Source of the DNA: Corallochytrium limacisporum Hawaii
Lineage: Eukaryota > Protista > Pluriformea
Length of the DNA stretch: 64,000 bases
Direction of reading: 5' to 3'
Assembly (NCBI GenBank): GCA_002811645.1
Contig: PDIP01000067.1
Coordinates: 180,829-244,828, forward strand
Shown one piece after another: positions 20,717-32,336 of the stretch. Position 1 is the stretch's first letter, and each line of letters starts with the position of its first letter. A model generated the notes under the pieces. It was not told the origin of the DNA. It saw only the letters and a program-made list of their open reading frames with translations, and searched no databases. The position numbers and the translations under genes were made by a program.

Positions 20717-23700
20717 AGGAACAATGCAAACACACCGAACGCAGCACTCCCCCCTCCCCGGGCGGGCTTTCACAAAAAGGCCAAAGAAATGTACAGCAAA
20801 ACACAAGGGAAAGCGACTAATAAAGGCCGGCCGCGTTCCTTTTTCTTTCCTTCCCCTTTTTTCCCTTTTTTTTTCTCTCCTTTTCCTCTTCCTCGGCGGG
20901 GGCGTACACCGTCATACACATCCTCCCCTTCTCTCACCCGCTGCGCAGAATCCCTTCCCCCATATATTTTAAACTGTCTTCTTTTCACACACATTCCTTT
21001 TCCCGACTATTCCTGAGTACAACCATGTAGGAGGACAAAAAGGTACGAAAAAAAGTAGGGTCTCGCTCTCTTGTGTGAGTGAGTGAGTGAGTATGTGAGA
21101 CGGCGTGAGGTGTGGCGCATCGGTGTGGTCGACGGGAGAGTGTCAATCCGATTCGTCATGATCAGTACTTAATATACTAACAGTTTTTGCAAGAATTCCC
21201 GCACACCTTCAACTTCCGGCTTCTCCCTTCGCCGCCACATTTCACACTTCTGTCACGTCCCATTTTTCCTTTTTCTTTTTTGGGCACCGTGTGCTCGTGA
21301 TGGTCCAATAGTAAATGTACTACAAACACCGTACACAACTCAAATACACATCCCCCCAGCCAGAACACAAACATTTTCCTGCGCAGAATAATCTCGACGA
21401 CACTTGGGCCCTCTGGTATTACCCAATCTGTGCCTAACTGCACACCCCCTCCCCTCCTCCTTGCCTCGGCCCCAAACGGGTGATCTGTGGTTTTCCTAGA
21501 TAATGTATTGGATGCGCTCGGCCAACGTTGTGGACTTTGCAAGCCCCCCTTCGCAAAAAAAAGGATTGATTATTGATTCCTCCCTCCCTCTCCTCTCCCC
21601 CGTCCGCCACCTCCCCCCCCAAAAAAATCCCAAACGAGCATTTTGTGCGTTGGCAAAAAAATTTGATCAGCAGACCCTTGCTGCCCCCCCCCCCTCTCCT
21701 CTCCTTTACCATTGCCCATTCGTCCCCCGTCGTTTCAACCTTTCGTTTCTTCGTTGTCTTCTCTCCCTCCCCACCCACCCCCTCCCCTTCTTCGCTCTCT
21801 CCCCGTTTGCCCAAACTGAGCAGGAGTGGGGGACGGCAGAGGGAGGGGATCGCGAAAAGAGGAGCGAGCACGAAAGATCCGACATAAAGGCAAGCGTCAG
21901 GAGATGGTATGACGGACAAGAGAAGTCATATCTATCGGGCTCTGACATCCATATATTGAGTACTTAAAGAGAGCAGACGCTGTTGCGTTGGAGTTGTTGG
22001 GCCCATCTTTTTGGTGGTTATGGATTTTCAACTCTGCCTCAGTTTTCTCCTGAATCTGTTCGTGCCCCGTTCGGGCCCCTCCAATGCTTCTATCCAACAC
22101 GAACTGGGAAAGTCCCACCAAGGTGGCAATATGTTGCAGTTTTCCCAGTTAGCTGGACATTTGGTAGGTGAAAGTATTACGCAAGAGTACGTGCCAGACC
22201 TATCATACCTACTGAACACGGTTGGGGATGTCCCGCTTGGGTGGGTAGCGTGTGAGAGGAGATATTAAAAAGAAAGAAAATTGGTGGTGGTGGTTTCCCA
22301 TAGGATACCGTTTACCTACATTTTATTCTGCATCCGGCTGGGAAAAATAGCAAGTTGATTAGCATTGCGGATCGTTACACCGATTCCTTCCTTCAGGGGC
22401 GCCGTGCGTTCGGACTTCACCGGTCTGTACATTTCCTATACTGAGAGAAAGGGCTTAGATTCGCGAACGAATGGACAGTGGAACCTTGCCCCGTTTGTTC
22501 CCGAGTCCATTACCTGCTGTCCTTTCGATTCAACAGCAGACCACCGATTTTCCAGAAAATGTGCGGGCGTCAAGTACTGAAAGCATAGAGAATTACACCA
22601 ACCGCACAGGAAAGGTTCGGGAATGAAATAGAAATAGAGAGTTGAAGTGAGGGATCCTTCGACATTGTTTCCGCTTCGCGTCACGAGACAGGAAATATTT
22701 GGTATTCCGCAATGGTGACATAGGCTCGTATGGTGTCATCTCCATATATTTTGTACTGGAATAAAAAAGGATGGGGGCCTAAATGATACCCGCTAATGAG
22801 ACCGGATCCCGAGGCGAGTGTGTGAGGGGCGGGGGTGCCGTTTAAACTCTCCTCCCCCGTGGGTCCGGGTGGGAGCCGAGCTTGGCGAGAAAGAATTGGT
22901 GCGCCAGCTACTACTGCACTCCCCACCCTGTCCTGTGTCCCCGAAATCGGAGCTAAATCTACCTCAGATAGGTTCACCACTTTCCATTTTGATAACAGTG
23001 CGATGGTTGAAATACACGGTACTTTTCGTTCTGATCCGTCCCGCTGTTGATGATTATCGATGGGCCAAGTCATCGACGAACCAGACCCTTTTGTTTCTTT
23101 CGAGGTCCTTGGCTATGGCTCGAGTGTGTGGATAGCCGTCTCCCTCGGCGACTGCAATTCTTGTTTCTGTCCTTGTCTCGGTTTCCTTATCTTGTTCTTT
23201 TCCTTTGCGGTTGAATACAAATTTCCAGAAATAGGGTGTGAATATACAGCGGAAAATCTGTGGAGAAAAAAATTAGCATAGAAATCGGGAACGCAACACA
23301 GAGACTGCTCCCGGTTGAAAACAGCGAGGGAACACAGACAGAACCGTAGAATTGTCCCGAGAAGGCCTACCCACTAAAATTTTTGCTATTATTTACTATA
23401 GGAGACGATTTTTAGCAGCGTCACCCAATTTTTTATCTTCTGCTCGGAGCAGGATTGCACGAAACTGTGATCAGTACAGTCACACCAGTGACCGATCGAA
23501 GGGGGAGACACGCCGTTCATAAAATTTGAATGGCATAGTATTATTATCGAAGGCAACATTGAACTGTGTAGAGGGAGGGTCAGGAACGTCTTTGGTCCAA
23601 GGATCATAGAAATTTAAGGGTGGAAAAAAGGAGAGTCCCTGAGTGCGTAATACTTAATGTACTTAGATCTCTTAGCTAGTTTGAATCATCACCACAGTAG

Positions 23701-24990
23701 GGTTCAGATGATATAATTTCCATCGCGGGATGTATGTTGATCAATTTGACGGGGACGGCAAAAACGTTAGTGCATTCACTATAAATTCTTCTGGTCCATT
23801 GCGACTTTCAATTTTTTGAAGCGAGCAGAAACTTTTCGTTCCGTTATTGCATATTCTTTCTTTATTTTATTTTTTCGTGTTGGACAAACCACAACAAATG
23901 CAACTGTAGAAGTTTCAATATCTTCGTTTTCAATAATGAATGTGTGCATAAAGCTATACGGGTCTGCCAAAAGCTATGCAAGCCCCACTGCGTTCTCCAT
24001 CTCCCCCTTCTCTCCTGACCCAAGGGAGACGATAGGGACCGTACACAATTTTTCTTGGGAGTCATTTTTGTACTGAACCAGAAAGCAAAGATTTCTTCGC
24101 AGGAGAGTGGGGGAGGGCACACTCCGTTTGTGTACGTACATTACATACTGCGCACCGCCCTCTCTTCTTTCCCCGGCCGGCGAAAACGGGACGTGGTTGG
24201 CTGCATTTGCATGACGAAAGCAGTTTTTCCTTTCTCTGGTTTGCTGCTCCTTCTCTTTGGCTTTTTGTTGGAGAGTGGTCCCTGTTTCCCCCTTCCCTCC
24301 GCACACACAACAACAAAGCCTTCTTTGGCTCTGTTGTGCAAAATAGCCCGCATTCTTGGAGGCTGCGCCTCACGAAAAGAAAAACCAACCTTCCCCTTTT
24401 TAGCGCCTCGCCTCCATCGCCTCCCCCGCTCCTTATTTGGATTTGATTCTTCAATCAGAGATACTAAAGTATGCCGATGTACCTAACGTAGCAAGTTTTG
24501 CTGACAATTAATCAACACCTATTGATTTGATTCCCCTTTCTCAGCCTTTCTCTCAGCTCTCTCGCTCTCTCTCTGTGCGCCCAGTGTCTGCCCTTTTGCC
24601 TGCGCCTCTTCGCTCCGATTTGCTCTTCTCATTTCTCCCTTCTTCTCCCCTTGCGCACCAAACACACCCCAACCACTTCGCAAAAGAGTTGGTTGGTGTT
24701 TCGTCTTTGTAAACGCGGAAAAAAAAAGAGTTGAACAGGCGCGCGGCGGGCGTGTGGGTCCCCCTCCCCCCCTTCCGGGGGCCCTCCTTCGCGGCCAAAG
24801 AAAAGAGTGGGTCCTCTCTCCTTGCCGCTTCATCTCTTGCGCGCGCGGGAGGGGTGGGAATTCTTGGTATTTTCGTGTTGGTTGTGTATGTTTGGGACCC
24901 ACTTTGGCGTTTTGGGTTGCTCCCAAATTCCAACAACTCTCGCACACCGTCTTATTACGCGCAATGGGCACCTTTCTCTCTCTTCCCCCC

Positions 24991-25142
24991 NNNNNNNNNN
25001 NNNNNNNNNNNNNNNNNNNNNNNNNNNNNNNNNNNNNNNNNNNNNNNNNNNNNNNNNNNNNNNNNNNNNNNNNNNNNNNNNNNNNNNNNNNNNNNNNNNN
25101 NNNNNNNNNNNNNNNNNNNNNNNNNNNNNNNNNNNNNNNNNN
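24991..25142. other. Assembly gap
   Basis: N run. Confidence 0.99.
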
Positions 25143-25497
25143 CCTGTCTCTCTCTCTCTCTCTCCACCACCCCAAGGAAGCGGCGGCGGTGAGAGTGTGT
25201 GCGTGTGTGCCAAGAAATCAAAAGCAATTAAATATTTGTGGCGCTAAATGTGCCGATTCTAAATTTTCATAATGAATGTTAGGGAGCGGCTGCAAAGTCT
25301 GAAACGGGAATAAAATTTACCAACTGGGTAGGCGCAAACACCGCCTCGACGGGATGGCTTTGGGGCCAAGAAGAAAAACTTTTCTTGAACCCCACTCTCC
25401 GTCCGGACAGTCAGACTCTACACCGAAGGAAAGGGGGAAAGAAAAGGAAGGAAAAGAGAGAGAAGCAAGAGAAAACGAACAAAATGACTTAGGCGAG

Positions 25498-25564
25498 AAG
25501 TGAGGGAGAAGCACACACGGGGGAGTTGGGTGGCCCGCTTGCTCCGAAGACAAATTCCCAAGCA

Positions 25565-25627
<63 letters not shown>

Positions 25628-25760
25628 NNNNNNNNNNNNNNNNNNNNNNNNNNNNNNNNNNNNNNNNNNNNNNNNNNNNNNNNNNNNNNNNNNNNAAGTG
25701 AGGGAGAAGCACACACGGGGGAGTTGGGTGGCCCGCTTGCTCCGAAGACAAATTCCCAAG

Positions 25761-25811
<51 letters not shown>

Positions 25812-25828
25812 GAGAGAGAGAGAGAGAG
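25498..25828. repeat. Duplicated ~65-bp unique segment plus (GA)n on both sides of gap 25628-25695
   Basis: aagtgagggagaagcacac...ttcccaagcaa(ga)n occurs at both 25498 and 25696. Confidence 0.9.
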
Positions 25829-27469
25829 GCAAAACGCCTCAATTGTTGCCTCTAAGACCTGCTGCTGCTGCTCCTCAAAGGGAGGGAGGGGAGGTTTAGA
25901 GTTGGGTTTTCCGGCAGTGACGCGGCGCCTAGAACACTGTGAGGAAATCGAGGGAGAGTTGTGTGATGGTGCGCGCACGAAGCGAGGTTTGTATAACGCG
26001 GTCCCCACAAAGGACGGAGCAACCCACCATGGTGAACGAGATACAGAAGCCCGTCGTAAAACGTGCCAAAGGTGTGCGAGAGAAGGCCTTGGGACCCCCC
26101 CCCTCCCCTCTCCTCCAACTTCCATCCCTTCCCTCTCCCCGCACTCCGGAGTCAGTCCCAGCTTGCTCGGGCATTTTCCTTTGAGTGTGTGCTGTGCAGC
26201 TTCTTCGTGTGGTTCTTGCGGGTATATACTCAATCTCTCTGTCTCTCTGTCTCTCGCTCTCTGTGTGTCTGTGTGCATGTATGTGTGCTACGATTAGTAC
26301 ACACTTTCTCGTGACCTAAGAAAGTCAAAAAGGAGATCTGTTGTTCTGTCCAATCTGCCTGCCGGAGAACAGTCGTCTGCTGCCCCGCCCTTCCCCTTCC
26401 GTGCCAGGCATTTGGAAGGATGGAATGGTGTCTGTGTTTCTGTGCACTGTTTGGATGCCAACATGCAGCAAGCGGCATGAGCCGCAAAAAGGAACCGTTG
26501 GCCACGCACCACACACACCGCGACCCAAAGCAAACACACTCGGTAGAGAGCGACTGGTTTGTTTGTGACAGGGCGAGCAGGGATCACCGGAGCTTGTGCC
26601 CACATGCGCGCTTATGTGCATTTGGCTGCCTAAAAAGTTTCTCCACTCCGTGCGCTTCTTTGCTCTTCTTCCTACAGGGGTCCGCGCAGCATCGCATCCC
26701 CGGACCGTCTGCTCTCGTCGGGTTCATGGTACAGTGCATGTGCCAAGACTCCTGCATTCCGGTAATATGTCAGCTTTTGCGACAATCAGTGACCCTAATC
26801 CATGGAAAGGGCACCCCTTTACGTGTTCTTCCCCAAATCTATGTCTACGTAATGTTTTCCGAGTACACACTCCCGCTGCGCAGTCTAGGGACGAAAGCAT
26901 CGGGCAAGGATGCGGAATTTTTTCTCCTTCGCTGGGTCAGAAACCCGCGCTAGCGACCAATACGCGCAGTCCGTGTTCAGGCAACCCCCCAGCCCCTCCT
27001 CCCCCGCCTCGCCCCGGGGGAGGGGAGGGGATGTGGGCCAGTTCCAGCAGCAAAAAATTAGTTGTCTACGAGTGGCATCCTGGATGCCGAGTGGCATGAC
27101 GGTACGGGTACGGGTACAGGTAACGTACAGATGTAAGTACGTGTCCCGCTGCAGCAGCTTTGCGTATTCCGCAAAACAATCCCCCTAATGTGATGCCTCG
27201 CATTGGCTGGAAGTGCTCGGGACAATTGTTGCGGTGGGGATCATTGCGGATGGACACGGGCAACGACGCGAGTTTGAAACCATCAGGTTAAATGAAGATG
27301 TAGCGGACATGTGTGTAGGATATCAGAGCCGACGACGACGACGGGGTTGTGACACAGTGTGTCTACAAAGAAAGTGTAAAATGTATTTCGGCATGTGATG
27401 GATGTTTAGTTTTCCCTCAGTGCCATCCTACCTCAACAGGTGACATCATCCAACGTCTCACAGACTGCC

Positions 27470-30400
27470 TCATGCAGCCGTATTGATGTAGTTGTCAAAG
27501 TCAAATTCTTGATAGGACGGTATGTAATCACCGTTGAAGATGCAGTGTAGAGCCATGTCCTCAATTCCAGGAGTGTCATGGTTTCTGTCAGTGATCAAAT
27601 TAGGTAGAAGCTTAGGGGTTATGACAAAAGTCTGCGACCTACTCTCGGCACTCGAGCTCACCTCCATGACCTTCTGGAAGACCGCTCGCTCATTGTCAGG
27701 GTCCATGCCCTGGTTGATCTCATCCACGAGACGGAATGGGCAGGAAATCTGACGCTGTAATGCGAGCAGATACAGCATTGTGGACACGGTACGCTCACCA
27801 CCGGAGTGGGTGCCTGCGTTGAGTGCCTGTTCGGGCTCACTGTTTCGGAAGCGAACCATGATTTCAATGCCCCACATCATGACGTCCCTGTTGCTCATGT
27901 TGAGACGGACCGAACCGTTACAATTAATGGAGATGAAGAAACGACGAAAGTCCTCGTTGATACCGTCTATGTGGGCCTGCATGGGCTCCAGCCACTCGCG
28001 TTTGGCCGCCTCGAATTCCGCTTCTGAGTTCTCGTTGCTGGCGCGGGCCTCTTCCAGTTGCTGCCTCACTGCGGCGAGATCAGTTTCCACCTGCTGGTGC
28101 TCCCGAATACGCTCTTGGTTGGGTTGTTGGATGTGCTCCAATTCGTTAGATACACGGCGATACTGGCGATTGGCTTCTTCAACATCGGGTCGAAATTTGA
28201 CGGGATCCTCGTCTGGCAGACCAGCAATTCTTTCCTCCGACACCTCGTGTTCACGCAGGAGCTCCCGCAACGACCGCTTCTGCGATCGGAACACTCTCTT
28301 CGCTTCTTCCATATTGCTCCTAAAACTCTCACGAACCTGGGCAGTCGTGCCATGCTCCGCCTCCATTTCTCGTAGTCTATTGCTCAGGACCACACGTCGT
28401 GAATTTAACTGCTCCATCTCCAGGGCAGTCATGGCAGCCGATTCAATGGCAGTCACCTCAGCTTCGTGGGCCTTGACGGCTGCGTCGACAGCCTCTAGTT
28501 TGTTGGGAAGCGCCTCAACAAGTTTACGGCGCAGGCTCTGTTCTTGGCGATCTGCGTCTGCGAAACTGTTCTTGTGGGAGGCCAAAGTATCTTGAAGACG
28601 CTGCAGATCCTGCTGCAAAGTCCTGCGTTGGTTTATAGTTTTCGTCATGGAACGCAGATCCGCGTTCAACGGCTCAAGCTTCGCGTCAATCTCCCTCTCC
28701 TGCTCCAAACACATTGTATGCTCGGTCTCCTTGGCTTGTATGCCTTCTAATGACCTATCCAGAGCTCCCTTGCAGCGCTTCAGCTGCTCTCGGTCCACGC
28801 TCTGATGGAGGAACTGTGCCCTCCGGGTATAAGCAAACGTGTGCTGGATGGCATCATCAACAACCGACTTCTTCATCTTGACGGAAATTCCTGGGGCGTA
28901 GAAATGCTTACATCCGTTTTCGATTAGCCTCGGAGCCAGTCGATCCACCGTTGCCATGTCAATGTCCGTCTTCTTGATCAGAATATTGGATATGTTGCAG
29001 CGCACGATGAGTGTCTTGATCACATCCCCTGCTGCCGTCATGGAGCGTGCGAGCGTGGTGTCGAAACCCAGCGCCTCTATTTCCTCCTGCGAAAGCTCCT
29101 TCCTGTTTTTGCTCTGCCAATCGTTCCATTCAGCCGTGTTGGGAGCCATGAGAATGTTAATGGGGATTTGGCTTCGTTCACGGATTTCAGTCAGCAACAA
29201 GTCACGATCACGAGTATCAGTGCACACAAAAGACTGCAGGTGCCTGATCGCGACGGCACTTTCTACCATGGCAGCCATGGGGCCATCTACATTGAGTTCG
29301 ACAGCCAGCGGCAAGAAAACCTTGCCGCGGAGACGCGATCCATCTGCAAACCGCTCACGGTACATGTCAATCGCTCGGGTGGTCTGTTCAAAGGCTCTAA
29401 TGCTGCGCAAGAGCCTGATGCGCTGTTCTTGAGCGTTATCCGCATCCTTGTAGTCCCTGGCAAGTCGCTGGTGCCGGTTTCTCAGGTTGGCAAGCTCATT
29501 ACTGATCTGGGCACCTTGGGTCTTAATTTCGTTGCGCTCGCTTTGATACTGGGTCACTTCCTGCTTTTTTGCCTGGTATTCCGGCATCATGGGTTCCGGA
29601 TCAGGGGCGTTGGCTAGCTTGTCTTCGATCTGGGATATGTTCTTTTCCGTCTGATCAATATTGGATTTCAGTTTACGCTTTCGCAGCTCGCTTGTCTCCA
29701 GATCGGATCTAATTATCTGCGTTTCCGACTCGACTTGCTCCACCTTGTTTGCTTTAGCCCGGGCGTCGGCACCTGCCTTTTGGCGCCTCCTGTTGGCCTC
29801 CCGCCATGTCTCATGAATCGTATGATACTCCTGCTCAGCCAGGGCCACGGCCTCCCGTAATGGGGCCAGTTGCTCTTCAATATCCTTATAGTTTTGTTCA
29901 AAGTGCTGATACTCCTCCACAGCCTGATCATATCTATCCTTGGACTGCGACAGCGTCAAGTAGGTGGCATGTAGGTGCAGCCACTTCACCTGCTCCCGTA
30001 AATCATCGAGGCGCTCAGCCCTCTGTACGTGTACAGCTAGGGACTCGAGTCGTCTCTCCAGAGCTCGGATCCGCTCCTCCATACCCTTCAGACTCCCAGC
30101 GTTGGCATTATTTTGTGCAGCAACGTCTGCAAGATGCCTTTGTTTATCAAGCAAATCTGGCTCCAGCGCAGTCTGAGTGCTCCGAAGCAATTCATGGGGT
30201 TTCTGACGCGTGAACTCCGAAACCTTCTCTTGTGGTAGGCACTGGCACAAATTGTCCATATCAATGTTCAAGCGATATCTTGCTTCCTTCACAGCACGCT
30301 TGGTGCACTGGCTCCCATTCATTGTGTACACCATCTTGTTGCTCTGATCAATGGTGCAAGTAATTGCTAGGATTCCCTTCCTTTGGGAAGAATCACGGAT

Positions 30401-30685
30401 ATCAAACTCGATGACAGCCTTTCGTTCTCCACTGCGAACGAAGTCCTTGGCCTGCATATTGATGGATTTTCGCTTGATCACGTCAATGCTGTATCCGAGG
30501 GCCAAAACCATTGCGGAAACTACAGATGACTTGCCTGCACCGTTGGGTCCAATCACCAGATTCAGTTTGGGCTGCGGATAGAATTGTGCTTCCCGATACA
30601 CTGTAATATTCTTTAACTTGATCCGCACAATCTGTCCATCCCTAAAGTCACCCAAAGGGGTGGGATTTCCGCATCGTCCCACCAT
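27470..30685 (-). CDS. SMC5: Structural maintenance of chromosomes protein 5
   Basis: Walker A GPNGAGKS, NLCQCLPQEKVSEF, long coiled coils, HSGGERTVSTMLYL, FRLVDEINQGMDPDNER. Start uncertain (in-frame ATGs up to 30808). Confidence 0.95.
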   Translation of the reverse strand: MVGRCGNPTPLGDFRDGQIVRIKLKNITVYREAQFYPQPKLNLVIGPNGAGKSSVVSAMVLALGYSIDVIKRKSINMQAKDFVRSGERKAVIEFDIRDSSQRKGILAITCTIDQSNKMVYTMNGSQCTKRAVKEARYRLNIDMDNLCQCLPQEKVSEFTRQKPHELLRSTQTALEPDLLDKQRHLADVAAQNNANAGSLKGMEERIRALERRLESLAVHVQRAERLDDLREQVKWLHLHATYLTLSQSKDRYDQAVEEYQHFEQNYKDIEEQLAPLREAVALAEQEYHTIHETWREANRRRQKAGADARAKANKVEQVESETQIIRSDLETSELRKRKLKSNIDQTEKNISQIEDKLANAPDPEPMMPEYQAKKQEVTQYQSERNEIKTQGAQISNELANLRNRHQRLARDYKDADNAQEQRIRLLRSIRAFEQTTRAIDMYRERFADGSRLRGKVFLPLAVELNVDGPMAAMVESAVAIRHLQSFVCTDTRDRDLLLTEIRERSQIPINILMAPNTAEWNDWQSKNRKELSQEEIEALGFDTTLARSMTAAGDVIKTLIVRCNISNILIKKTDIDMATVDRLAPRLIENGCKHFYAPGISVKMKKSVVDDAIQHTFAYTRRAQFLHQSVDREQLKRCKGALDRSLEGIQAKETEHTMCLEQEREIDAKLEPLNADLRSMTKTINQRRTLQQDLQRLQDTLASHKNSFADADRQEQSLRRKLVEALPNKLEAVDAAVKAHEAEVTAIESAAMTALEMEQLNSRRVVLSNRLREMEAEHGTTAQVRESFRSNMEEAKRVFRSQKRSLRELLREHEVSEERIAGLPDEDPVKFRPDVEEANRQYRRVSNELEHIQQPNQERIREHQQVETDLAAVRQQLEEARASNENSEAEFEAAKREWLEPMQAHIDGINEDFRRFFISINCNGSVRLNMSNRDVMMWGIEIMVRFRNSEPEQALNAGTHSGGERTVSTMLYLLALQRQISCPFRLVDEINQGMDPDNERAVFQKVMEVSSSAESRSQTFVITPKLLPNLITDRNHDTPGIEDMALHCIFNGDYIPSYQEFDFDNYINTAA

Positions 30686-31543
30686 GAGGTGTTGTTGCCG
30701 ATAATCGCACAGTGATATTGACCTTCGTGACTTGAAACGAATGTACATTGACGTGTCACTTTCGATCCCGACTCTTGTATACCGCACCGGCATTCCACAT
30801 CTCGCCATGGTATCCACCGTACTGTACACAAGAGCATACCAACATGCTAGTGCAATAATCCTGCCTCACAAAACCACTAAGAAAGAAAACCCCTCGAAAT
30901 TGTGAGGCAGTATGTCTGAACTCAAGAACCGGATCATTTGCCTGTGCTCAGCTCGAGCGGGCTCTCCCTGGCGCCCATTTTTCGCGCCCACAGCCGGCAG
31001 GCTAATTTATATCCGGACTTTCAATACTTTCAGTTTTCGGGAGTCCTGAGGAGGAGGCGAACTGTGGCCCTCCATTGTTTCATTCTCTGCCACTCTCCAC
31101 CACCTCTCTACCCCTCACGTGGCCCAGAGGGTCAACACCGACCAGTCCGCGTTTTTGTGTGCTGCACAGTTGGCAGGCATTCCCACTCACGTTGCAAGTG
31201 TAATCTTTCCAAGAGTACTCAACTGCAGCCTTGAGATCGGAAATACCACCCTTCCGCTTGGGCATTTGGGCGCAGAACGAGCCTGTGCGACGGTTCCTGC
31301 TACGATTAGTCGACTTTGTTACTTTTGGCAATACCATTTTGTCGGGGTAAAACTAAAAGCTATTTTGGGTCAGTAGAAAGTAAGATCGCGTTTTGTAGTG
31401 GATACGATTTGAAAAGTGGTATCACATCATTGGAGAAGGATTTTGTAAAGAGACACAGCTGAGAGATATCGGCTTTGGGGCTTCGTATGCAAATCAACGG
31501 GAAGTTACTGACCAACACAGAATAGACATAAGTTACGACAACG

Positions 31544-32182
31544 ATGCCAGACGCAACCATTGGATCCATCGACCGGTACAACCCGGAAAACATTGACCTC
31601 CTGGAGGAGCACGTGAACACTCTTGCAGAGTCTCAGAGCTTTGATATTGAGGCATGCATGGCTGTATTGAAATTGTACCAGTTCAATGTTGACCGCTTTA
31701 ACGTTAAAGTCGTGGTGAAGATCCTTCTAATGGCTATCATGCAGCTTCCGGACCCGGCCTTCATGCTCTGTCTGTATCTCCTGCCGGAGGATCAGCTCGC
31801 CAACGAACACATTGGTAAGGCCATCTACTTACAGCAGCTTCTTGAGACTTGCAATTTTGACCAGTTTTGGGAGGAGGTCAAGTCCTGCGAGAACGAGCTA
31901 CTGGATGGCGTCAAGGGATTCGACGACCATGTTCGCATCTTCATTGAGGGTGTCGTAACTCGCAGCCATCAATCTATCGAGGCAACCAACCTGCGGACGT
32001 ACCTGCACATGGAGGAGGCCCATTTCCAGGGCTATGTGAAGGATCACCCGGAGTGGATCATGAAGGACGGTGTCCTGCACTTCGGTAAAGATATGGAAGC
32101 TGAAGTCAAGCCCAAGAATATTGTTGAGCGTATCGATTTCAACGACCTCACAAACATGATGGCATCGTCCATGCGCCGCTGA
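31544..32182 (+). CDS. EIF3K: Translation initiation factor 3 subunit K
   Basis: IDRYNPENI..LEEHV, AVLKLYQFN, LLETCNFDQFW, KPKNIVERIDF. Confidence 0.95.
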   Translation: MPDATIGSIDRYNPENIDLLEEHVNTLAESQSFDIEACMAVLKLYQFNVDRFNVKVVVKILLMAIMQLPDPAFMLCLYLLPEDQLANEHIGKAIYLQQLLETCNFDQFWEEVKSCENELLDGVKGFDDHVRIFIEGVVTRSHQSIEATNLRTYLHMEEAHFQGYVKDHPEWIMKDGVLHFGKDMEAEVKPKNIVERIDFNDLTNMMASSMRR

Positions 32183-32336
32183 CCCAGGCAAAGGCGCTCT
32201 TCATTTACAGTTCCAATTCCATGTGACATAGTAATCATATACAGCAATGAATAATCAAGAGTTTAGGCATCAATGGATTGGTGAGATTGCACATGTGACC
32301 AACAGTTTCTCGTTTATAGCTTCTGCAGCTGTGTTC

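Noticed and set aside
25498-25828. Apparent tandem duplication around an N gap
   Set aside because: Identical segments on both sides of a gap ending in (GA)n are typical of unmerged overlapping contig ends.
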